Origin: a bacterium
Lineage (GTDB): Bacteria; Patescibacteriota; Minisyncoccia; Phycocordibacterales; GCA-002787175
Reading direction: 5' to 3'
Assembly (NCBI GenBank): GCA_030689285.1
Contig: JAUYJM010000007.1
Span: forward strand, 1 to 36,649
Length of the DNA stretch: 36,649 nt
This document shows positions 1 through 6,090 of this stretch, one piece after another (position 1 is the stretch's first letter; each line of letters begins with the position of its first letter). Both the position numbers and the translations under genes were made by a program. The notes beneath the pieces are model-generated. The model ran no database searches. It worked only from the letters and a program-made list of their open reading frames with translations, and was not told where the DNA came from.

Positions 1-140
1 TCTTGAAATAAAAGGAGCTAAGGTTTTGGCGTATTTTGTCCGTTTAAAGCGCCGAGACCTAAAAATCAAAACGAACTAGACCTTGTAGACGTTTCAATGG
101 ATTCTTTTTGCACGGCGGTTCGATTCCGCCCATCTCCACA
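1..140 (+). ncRNA. ssrA: 3' portion of a tmRNA (SsrA) including the tRNA-like T-arm and acceptor 3' strand; the 5' part is either left of the window or supplied by 186-229 if the gene is permuted
   Basis: T-arm GGCGG(114-118)/TTCGATT/CCGCC(126-130), then the 7-nt acceptor strand CATCTCC(131-137) and A138. There is no matching GGAGATG about 70 nt upstream, so this is not a tRNA. The TGTAGACGTTTC...GCAC segment before the T-arm resembles the equivalent segment of E. coli and B. subtilis tmRNA. Confidence 0.55.
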
Positions 141-229
141 TTTTCAAAAATGAGCTCGCTTCTTGGCGAGCCATTTTTGTTATGTGGAGATGGAGCAAGT
201 GAACTGCTTCACTTGCGTGCGGAATCGAA
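130..229 (+). repeat. tmRNA-end-associated structured module, copy 1
   Basis: 12-bp inverted repeat CCATCTCCACAT(130-141)/ATGTGGAGATGG(182-193) enclosing a hairpin. It is followed by a 9-bp stem GCAAGTGAA(195-203)/TTCACTTGC(208-216) and GTGCGGAATCGAA(217-229). The same architecture recurs at 3660-3795. Confidence 0.85.
146..180 (+). terminator. intrinsic-terminator-like hairpin directly after the tmRNA 3' end
   Basis: AAAAATG(A)GCTCGC-ttcttg-GCGAGCCATTTTTGT: the A-tract and T-tract flank a GC stem with one bulged A. Confidence 0.5.
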
Positions 230-334
230 GGACGGAAACATGTTTCGTCAGCAGACGAAACAGTTGAGTCGGGGTCGCGAAAAACTTTTGCGACGGCAAA
301 AGTTTATTCGTGACCGATACGCGAGTCCGCGAGC

Positions 335-348
335 TTCCGCCCATCTCC
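335..348 (+). repeat. 14-nt exact direct repeat of the tmRNA T-loop-to-3'-end segment (att-like)
   Basis: TTCCGCCCATCTCC at 335-348 is identical to 124-137. No T-stem 5' strand lies upstream of it. Confidence 0.8.
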
Positions 349-542
349 TCACACATAGAACAATATGGAAGACTTTGAATTACGAAACTCCATATCCGCG
401 TCTTTCTTTTCAATTTCGGCTACGGCTTTGTAAAAATTATTCAACAGATACTCTGAATATGCCTCATAATTTTTGCTTCGCCTCGCTCTAAATTGATAAG
501 AAATCCATCGGAAGCGAGTTTCGTAACTCAAAGTGGAAGAAT

Positions 543-570
543 AAAAATGCCCTGTTTTCAGGGTATTTTT
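543..570. terminator. bidirectional intrinsic terminator
   Basis: AAAA-ATGCCCTG-tttt-CAGGGTAT-TTTT. It lies 70 nt past the stop of the minus-strand GT gene and would also end any plus-strand transcript coming from 186 onward. Confidence 0.55.
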
Positions 571-639
571 CCGTTTTAATACACATCAACATTTTCCGAA
601 GTCACATCACTTCATGAAAGATTGACCTTCATGGCCCCA

Positions 640-1803
640 TTAGCCCTGTATCCGATTCTGACTATGCTCTGCCTTTATCTCCCGATACAGCTCAAGTAAA
701 TTATCCGCGATTGTGCCACTACGAAATTGCCCAGCCGTTTTGCGTGCTGCTCCAGCCATGGCAAGCCGCTTCTCAGGATTAGAAACGAGCTCTTCCACTT
801 TTTCCTGTGCCTCCTTATTTGAGAAAACCAAAAACCCGTTTTCGCCATTTTTTATAATCTCAGGAGCTACACCGACTGCATAGGATATTGGCACAAGGCC
901 TTGCGACATGCCCTCGACAAGACTGAGAGAGAATCCTTCATATCGGGATGAAATAAAAAGAATGCTCCCATAGCGACGCGACAAAACATCGGGGATAAGA
1001 TCTTTACGGATATTGACGTGTATATGGTGAGTCGGGAAAGCAACACGGAGCCACTCTTTTAACTTTTTATTAGTAGTCATACAAATTGTTGTCTTGGAAA
1101 TATCCGGAAAAGATCGGTAGAGTCCAATAAGACGGTCGAGTCCCTTGAGTTTGAGCGTAAAGACATCTCCACCGAGACGACCAAGAAAAACAATGTGTGG
1201 ATCAGAGGCAACGGGCGATTCTTTTCTTTCAAACCAGTAATTCTCAATGGCATTGTAAACAACCTTGATTCTTTCTGGCAGTACCCCCATGCCAATAAGT
1301 TCTTCTCTCACATATTCTGAAGTCGCTATGCATCTCGTCACGCGTGTTGCCACTAACTTTTCCATATCAGCTATATCTCGGAGAGGCTGAAATGTTTCAG
1401 GCTCAAGGCCTGAAATAATATTGAGATTGCGTAACTCACGCCAGATCGCTATCTCATCAGGCAAAAGTATTGATGTTTTTGGGGTGTTTTTGAGAAATCC
1501 AATAGTAGTTGAACCGAAGTGACTAACGAGAGGTGTTTTGAACGAAAGAAACGGTAACGGGGTGTATGTTGTTCCCTGAATAATGTGATAACGAAGTATG
1601 TCGTCTTTGTGTTCAAGTAAAGAATGAAAGAAAAGAATGTTCGCAAGCCCACGCATGTGTATCGGCACATCAGCAAGTTGCCAACGCGGATAGAAATTAC
1701 GAACGGTGGCACCTCGCTCTTTGAGCGCTGCCGCCATAATCTGATTTATATGATGCGCCCCAGTTGCGATGCGCCTTTCATTATGAATCATCGCTACTTT
1801 CAT
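640..1803 (-). CDS. glycosyltransferase, GT4 / group-1 family
   Basis: ORF 640..1926. The GT-B type C-terminal region reads ...FISSRYEGFSLSLVEGMSQGLVPI... . I place the start at the ATG at 1803 (MKVAMIHN...), a typical GT4 N-terminus. The upstream ATG at 1926 adds 41 basic residues and remains an alternative. Confidence 0.85.
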   Translation of the reverse strand: MKVAMIHNERRIATGAHHINQIMAAALKERGATVRNFYPRWQLADVPIHMRGLANILFFHSLLEHKDDILRYHIIQGTTYTPLPFLSFKTPLVSHFGSTTIGFLKNTPKTSILLPDEIAIWRELRNLNIISGLEPETFQPLRDIADMEKLVATRVTRCIATSEYVREELIGMGVLPERIKVVYNAIENYWFERKESPVASDPHIVFLGRLGGDVFTLKLKGLDRLIGLYRSFPDISKTTICMTTNKKLKEWLRVAFPTHHIHVNIRKDLIPDVLSRRYGSILFISSRYEGFSLSLVEGMSQGLVPISYAVGVAPEIIKNGENGFLVFSNKEAQEKVEELVSNPEKRLAMAGAARKTAGQFRSGTIADNLLELYREIKAEHSQNRIQG

Positions 1804-1958
1804 ACCATTTCCCGGTTTTGGCACATTTCCACTTTTCCTGCGTGATAAATGGCGCAATCCTCTCATAAAGGAATTTGTTGTTTTATACGCCCGACGTGTC
1901 AGACTGTGATTTGTTTTTGTATTCATAAAATAATTTATGCGTTCCTTACTGAAAGTTT

Positions 1959-1990
1959 TTTTCGGTATATGACATTCATTATACCGAAAA
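1959..1990. repeat. 11-bp perfect inverted repeat upstream of the GT gene (candidate operator or hairpin)
   Basis: TTTTCGGTATA(1959-1969)-N10-TATACCGAAAA(1980-1990). Confidence 0.6.
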
Positions 1991-2419
1991 TTATTTATTT
2001 CTCCATCTTTTATTTATTGTATTCTCTCCGGAGTGGACTCAACAAAAATTCGGCCAAAAAACACGCGAAAAGTATCCGCCACTCCATAAGCACTTTTTCA
2101 GGCCTATTTTTTTATTCCTTTTTATTAATGTCATTAACTTCGTTAACATACTGGAGAGTGTAGTGTAGAGAGGTGGTTCTATTGAGATTGATGGATTCCT
2201 TATCAAAGAGGTAATCTATCACCAGAGAGGACTCTAGTGGCCGAGAACCTTACCACGATTGAACGATCTTAAGAGAAGAGCACACATCTGGTTCCAAGAT
2301 ATAGGTTCTAACATCATTCATTAGTTTCCACTCGACTCGCTTGCTTTCTGAAAGCAAGCTCGCTCGTGGATTTTCCTGAGCTTGTCGAAGGATAAACCAC
2401 CAGCGAAAACAGCGTGCTC

Positions 2420-2448
2420 AAACACCTCGTCAGAGGTGTTTTTGTGTT
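2420..2448 (+). terminator. orphan plus-strand intrinsic terminator
   Basis: AAACACCTC-gtca-GAGGTGTTT followed by TTGTGTT. There is no plus-strand CDS upstream. Confidence 0.5.
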
Positions 2449-2496
2449 GCATTAACAGGTTGAATGTACCTACCTGATCCCTTTATCCTCAAGTAT

Positions 2497-2538
2497 AAAA
2501 AAGAGCCCCGACACCATCATCGCTGACGGGTGGGGCTC
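2497..2538 (-). terminator. intrinsic terminator of the XRE regulator gene
   Basis: On the minus strand: GAGCCCC...GGGGCTC followed by TTTTTT, starting 6 nt after the stop codon at 2544. Confidence 0.55.
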
Positions 2539-2543
2539 GTGAC

Positions 2544-3317
2544 TTATGTTGCAAGGATTGTGGAAAATTCAACTCCCACTTCCTTTAAACTGAAATATGC
2601 TTCGCACAGAGCAGTGAGTTGCTCAAAGTTCAGACTCTCAAAACCTTCCATTCTTGCGATTTTTTTCAGCAAAGGTAGAACATCCTGTTTCTTTAGCTTA
2701 TCAAGGATTTTTACAGCCCTTGGCTCGTTAGCGAGTTTGTCCATTTCGGCGGGGTCAATTCCCAACACTTGGCAAAGTGCTTGTCTTCTTTCGAGAGACA
2801 GCTCTCGCTTTACTCTTCCATTCTCAAGGTTCGAGAAAGATTGAGTAGTAAAATCCTCTTTGAGAAGCTTGTTCAGCTCCGCATTAGCCTTTCGTTGTGA
2901 CCAACCTTTTCCGATACGAGCAGTCCTCACCATCACCCCAATCCTCTGTATGTTTGAGCATTCTCCTTGAGTAGATGAGTTTCGGTGAGATTCTTCTTTT
3001 GTGGATAAGCTTTCGTAAATCCCTTTATCACCATCCAGCACATCTGCCAAAAGGTGACGAAGCTCAAGTGATAGTTCACGACTCAAACTCGCCGACTCCA
3101 ATTTTGTAATCCAAGTCCTATTAAACTTTTTCGGTTTCTTGGTGTAAGGATCTACGGGTTTATTTTGAGCACCTTGTAATTTTGAAGTTAGCTGTTCCTG
3201 CGTCCACCCGAGACGCACTCTATCTTGTTGGACTAGTTCGCCTAGGTGTTTCGCATTCATGTGTAAACTTTCTGTAAGAGGTTGTAGGTTTCTGCGACAA
3301 TATGGGACCAGACGCAT
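2544..3317 (-). CDS. XRE-family DNA-binding protein with two tandem HTH domains
   Basis: Two repeats of the pattern GW(T/S)Q...(L/N)LE...RELSLE.R..L...L, which is HTH_XRE-like, each with an inserted loop. The C-terminal ~70 aa are unassigned. An alternative start is the ATG at 3260 (MNAKHLGELV...). Confidence 0.8.
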   Translation of the reverse strand: MRLVPYCRRNLQPLTESLHMNAKHLGELVQQDRVRLGWTQEQLTSKLQGAQNKPVDPYTKKPKKFNRTWITKLESASLSRELSLELRHLLADVLDGDKGIYESLSTKEESHRNSSTQGECSNIQRIGVMVRTARIGKGWSQRKANAELNKLLKEDFTTQSFSNLENGRVKRELSLERRQALCQVLGIDPAEMDKLANEPRAVKILDKLKKQDVLPLLKKIARMEGFESLNFEQLTALCEAYFSLKEVGVEFSTILAT

Positions 3318-3659
3318 TGTTAAAACGACAAATTTTTATTATCGCAAAAACACGTCCGGCTCTGTAAAAAGGTCTAAACTTGAGCTACCATAACATACAA
3401 AATGTGTTCTGTCCATGTTTTTCCCGCTGAACACATGAGCTTAATTTCGACCTTAAAATACCTTCATTTAGAGCCATTTTTTAAAATCGCGCCGAAACGA
3501 AAAGGAACAGAGAATAATATTAATTCTAATACAAGAATTGTGATACCTAGAAAATAGATTTTCCTTACGATTTCACCATTATTTTCCCATTATTACAGGT
3601 ATTTAAGAATTAATACCACTAAAAAACAAAGGTTTTGATGGTTTTCGATGTTTTACGGT

Positions 3660-3795
3660 CCATCTCCACATGTACAAAAACCAGCCCGAATGGGCGGTTT
3701 TTGTTATGTGGAGATGGAGCAAGTGAACTGCCCGCCCGTACCGAATATGTCTGTGCGGTACGTTCGGGCGGGCTTCACTTGCGGGCGGAATTGAC
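3660..3795 (+). repeat. tmRNA-end-associated structured module, copy 2 (diverged, no T-arm)
   Basis: CCATCTCCACAT(3660-3671)/ATGTGGAGATGG(3706-3717) enclose AAAAACC(A)GCCC-gaat-GGGCGGTTTTT. GCAAGTGAA(3719-3727)/TTCACTTGC(3774-3782) now carries a 42-nt GC-rich hairpin insertion (3731-3772). GGGCGGAATTGAC(3783-3795) follows. Confidence 0.85.
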
Positions 3796-3829
3796 AAACC
3801 CCCCGCATAGGTTTAATTTAGAGGACAGT

Positions 3830-4024
3830 ATGAACACCCTAACGGACAGACAAATTGTGGAGCTTCGCAGAATACACGAAGCCGACCAGGCCGAAGCGGC
3901 ATACGAGCAAAGACGAAGAGAGTTTTTCAGAGCAAAAATGCGAAGCGACAAGTTGCAAACATTTTTGATGCTGGCCTTCATCTTGTTTTTGTTTGCGCTG
4001 TTGTTTGCAAAGATAAACGGTTGA
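3830..4024 (+). CDS. small hypothetical protein with a C-terminal transmembrane helix (64 aa)
   Basis: ATG at 3830 is preceded by AGAGGA (3819-3824). The N-terminal part is charged and helical, and the tail is hydrophobic (LMLAFILFLFALLFA). Confidence 0.6.
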   Translation: MNTLTDRQIVELRRIHEADQAEAAYEQRRREFFRAKMRSDKLQTFLMLAFILFLFALLFAKING

Positions 4025-4051
4025 AAGAGAGCAGAAAGGAGTCAAGACAAA

Positions 4052-4240
4052 ATGAGCAAACCGATTCGCGCAAAATGTCCTCATTGCGGAACTTTGACGC
4101 CTTACGCCGGCTACGGAGCGCACGTGGCGGTATGCGTCAGAATGCAGAGTGCAAAAACGCAACTCCCTCAACCATTCGCCTTCATCCGAAAAAAGGACGA
4201 AAAAGGTTTGAAGAAATCCACAGAAAGCCATTGTGCGTAA
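4052..4240 (+). CDS. small hypothetical protein with a CxxC...HxxxC zinc-ribbon-like motif (62 aa)
   Basis: AAGGAG lies 10 nt upstream of the ATG. The motif is CPHCGTLTPYAGYGAHVAVC. Confidence 0.5.
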   Translation: MSKPIRAKCPHCGTLTPYAGYGAHVAVCVRMQSAKTQLPQPFAFIRKKDEKGLKKSTESHCA

Positions 4241-4268
4241 TATCTTGTGGCGTTAAACTACCATAAGT

Positions 4269-4472
4269 ATGGACACTCACAAAATCCCAGTCCCTCTCGC
4301 TGTGTTTCTGCAAATACAGAAGCGTGAGATGGAGAGTCCGTTCAACAGGTGGGTGACCGGCGAAGAAGTCCACCGCTACCCCACAAACAATGAACTGGTA
4401 ACGCATTACATTGGCTCTGGTCGCGCGGCAGAAATAGCGCGCGAACTGGAGCCCAGGATGGCAAGAATCTAA
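4269..4472 (+). CDS. hypothetical protein (67 aa)
   Basis: Same strand and tightly spaced after the previous ORF. I see no recognisable domain and no clear SD. Confidence 0.4.
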   Translation: MDTHKIPVPLAVFLQIQKREMESPFNRWVTGEEVHRYPTNNELVTHYIGSGRAAEIARELEPRMARI

Positions 4473-4507
4473 TTTGCGCGGGCCTCTCGGCACCGCGAAG
4501 AAACAAG

Positions 4508-4545
4508 CCCCATTTTGAAGCGATTCAAAATGGGGTCTTTTTGTT
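4508..4545 (+). terminator. strong intrinsic terminator
   Basis: CCCCATTTTG(4508-4517)-aagcgatt-CAAAATGGGG(4526-4535) followed by TCTTTTTGTTTG. Confidence 0.75.
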
Positions 4546-4573
4546 TGCTTATATCGCCTATTTATGCTATATT
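4545..4573 (+). promoter_or_regulatory. sigma70-like promoter
   Basis: TTGCTT(4545-4550)-N17-TATATT(4568-4573), about 80 nt upstream of the ATG at 4653. Confidence 0.4.
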
Positions 4574-4652
4574 AAAAATAGATTTCTTTAGGGTCTCCAA
4601 CCAAATATCCATTTTGGAAATGGACCTCTTTACTCAAAAAGAAAGGAACAGT

Positions 4653-5066
4653 ATGGACACAGAAACATTGACAGTAGCAGTTAAATACTTGCGATACGCG
4701 GCAAGCACAGTGAAAGAGTGGAATTTGAGACCGGAAGAAGCCGGTCAATTTATAAACGACTACCAGTTGGCGCGGCGGAAGTCTCCCCTGAAAGAAGACG
4801 ACGCGGCCGACATAGTGCGGGCGATCTGGTCTCCTCAATTTCATATTGCGTCAGAACTGTGGGGCTTGAGCGCAGACGCTCAGGAAACAATACTCGCCTT
4901 GTGGTCTTGTTTTTTGGCGGAATCGGATCGCCTCTGGAAAAATGGCCAAGAGGAAGTGGGTGAGATTATGGACCGCAACCTCGCCCAAAACCTCGGGGTG
5001 AAGTTTGAAGACTGGAACAACGCCCGTCTGCAAGCAAGAACCTTTTCGGAATTAGTGGCGGCATAA
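4653..5066 (+). CDS. hypothetical protein (137 aa)
   Basis: ORF 4515..5066. The 5' part of that ORF spans a terminator and a promoter, so I use the in-frame ATG at 4653, preceded by GAAAGGAA. No recognisable domain. Confidence 0.6.
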   Translation: MDTETLTVAVKYLRYAASTVKEWNLRPEEAGQFINDYQLARRKSPLKEDDAADIVRAIWSPQFHIASELWGLSADAQETILALWSCFLAESDRLWKNGQEEVGEIMDRNLAQNLGVKFEDWNNARLQARTFSELVAA

Positions 5067-5082
5067 GCAAGTGTTGATCAAA

Positions 5083-5112
5083 GCGCGGGAAAATCCCCCC
5101 GCGCTTTTTTGT
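5083..5112 (+). terminator. intrinsic terminator
   Basis: GCGCGGG(5083-5089)-aaaatccc-CCCGCGC(5098-5104) followed by TTTTTTGTT. Confidence 0.75.
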
Positions 5113-5140
5113 TGCATAAAAAATTTAACTGTGATATAAA
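5112..5140 (+). promoter_or_regulatory. sigma70-like promoter of infC-rpmI-rplT
   Basis: TTGCAT(5112-5117)-N17-TATAAA(5135-5140). Confidence 0.45.
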
Positions 5141-5173
5141 TATACTCTCAATCAGGTAACTACAAAATCCATC

Positions 5174-5683
5174 TTGAACAAAAGGGCACGGATAAATCAT
5201 CAAATCAGAGCCGGTGACTTGCGCGTACTAAAAGCAGACGGCGCTGTCCTCGGTATAATGTCTAGGGACAAAGCCCTGGAATTGGCCGTTTCCGAAGGTC
5301 TGGACTTGATTGAAATCTCGCCTGGCGCTTCCCCGCCGGTGGCAAGAATAATGGATTTCGGTAAGTACCAGTACGACGAGAGCAAGAAGCAGAAGCTTGC
5401 AAAGTCAAAAACGAAGGTGGCAGAGCTCAAGAGTATACAGGTAAAAGTCGGCACGGGTGAACACGACTTGGCCCTGAAAGCCAAAAAGGTTTCTGATTGG
5501 CTTTCGGACGGACACAGAGTGAGAATTGAACTTTTTCTCTCCGGCCGCTTGAAATATCTTGATAAAAAGTTTTTAGAAGAAAGATTGGAAAGGATACTTC
5601 GCCTTGTAAGCACCGAGTATAAGACGACCGAACCAGTCAAAAAAAGTCCCAAAGGTTTTACAGTGGTTGTAGAAAGAAAATAA
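5174..5683 (+). CDS. infC: translation initiation factor IF-3
   Basis: INHQIRAGDLRVL...GLDLIEISP...PPVARIMDFGKYQY matches the IF3 N and C domains. The start is non-AUG (TTG at 5174 or ATC at 5171), and the first in-frame ATG is 28 codons in. Confidence 0.9.
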   Translation: MNKRARINHQIRAGDLRVLKADGAVLGIMSRDKALELAVSEGLDLIEISPGASPPVARIMDFGKYQYDESKKQKLAKSKTKVAELKSIQVKVGTGEHDLALKAKKVSDWLSDGHRVRIELFLSGRLKYLDKKFLEERLERILRLVSTEYKTTEPVKKSPKGFTVVVERK

Positions 5684-5796
5684 TACGCGCCGATTGAGGT
5701 TTCGAAACATAACCTGTAAACACAAGAAAAGCCGATGTTTTGTCCCGCGACAGATTAAGGGTTATTCCGCATTTAAACTTTCGTATAAGTTATATT

Positions 5797-5976
5797 ATGA
5801 AAACAAACAAATCGTTTATGAAACGGCTAAAAGTCACAAAAAATGGCAAGATTGTGGCAAGAAAGGCCGGACAAAATCATTTTAACGCCAAAGAAAACAG
5901 GAGATCGCAGATGAACAAGCGTCGTTCTGTGATTTTGAAGTTTAAAAACAAAACCATTAGCAGATATTTAGCATAA
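5797..5976 (+). CDS. rpmI: 50S ribosomal protein L35
   Basis: MKTNKSFMKRLKVTKNGKIVARKAGQNHF... is the L35 signature. It follows infC. Confidence 0.9.
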   Translation: MKTNKSFMKRLKVTKNGKIVARKAGQNHFNAKENRRSQMNKRRSVILKFKNKTISRYLA

Positions 5977-6090
5977 AAACTCGAATGGTCCCGAACTAGG
6001 CGCGAGTACGCGCCTCCCGAATCAATCATGAATCTGATATTAGGGAAAATTAGGGATAAAATTCGGGATTGATTAGAGAACAATAATTAT
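5977..6090 (+). repeat. intergenic repeat element, family A, copy 1 (sense to operon)
   Basis: Contains GTCCCGAAC, the hairpin GGCGCG-AGTA-CGCGCC (5999-6014), TCCCGAATCAATCATGAATCTGA and ATTAGGGA/ATTCGGGA motifs. It is nearly identical to the reverse complement of 17382-17501. Confidence 0.85.

Noticed and set aside
60-140. A complete tRNA ending at 137-140.
   Set aside because: No GGAGATG 5' acceptor strand, D-arm or anticodon arm lies in the 75-90 nt upstream. Only the T-arm and acceptor 3' strand are present, which fits a tmRNA 3' end instead.
108-491. 127-aa plus-strand ORF, together with the N-terminal part of ORF 3635..4024. Both contain LLCGDGASEL.
   Set aside because: The shared peptide is simply the translation of the repeated non-coding module (TTATGTGGAGATGGAGCAAGTGAACTG). 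The ORFs run through a tRNA-like T-arm, terminator-like hairpins and perfect stems, and neither has an SD.
349-531. 60-aa minus-strand ORF (…YEAYSEYLLNNFYKAVAEIEKKDADMEF…) ending at the att-like repeat.
   Set aside because: Its start is a TTG with no SD, and I recognise no domain. It could be a remnant of a decayed gene, but I cannot support it as a CDS or pseudogene.
2308-2451. 47-codon minus-strand ORF (MQHKNTSDEVFEHAVFAGG...).
   Set aside because: It has no SD, lies just after the XRE terminator, and contains two perfect 9-bp hairpins. A structured non-coding region is more likely.
3839-4493. Minus-strand ORFs 3839..4231 (130 aa) and 4182..4493 (103 aa).
   Set aside because: They are antisense to three tightly packed plus-strand ORFs, two of which have an SD, in a G+C-richer segment where long spurious frames are expected. 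The sequences are Cys/Arg-rich and low in complexity, and they overlap each other.
4515-4652. Upstream extension of the 4653..5066 gene (start at 4515).
   Set aside because: The extension would be translated through a 10-bp-stem intrinsic terminator and a TTGCTT-N17-TATATT promoter.
5165-5180. Right-end att repeat (AATCCATCTTGAACA) in front of infC.
   Set aside because: Only about 7 contiguous nt (TCCATCT) match the tmRNA end. That is too weak to call.
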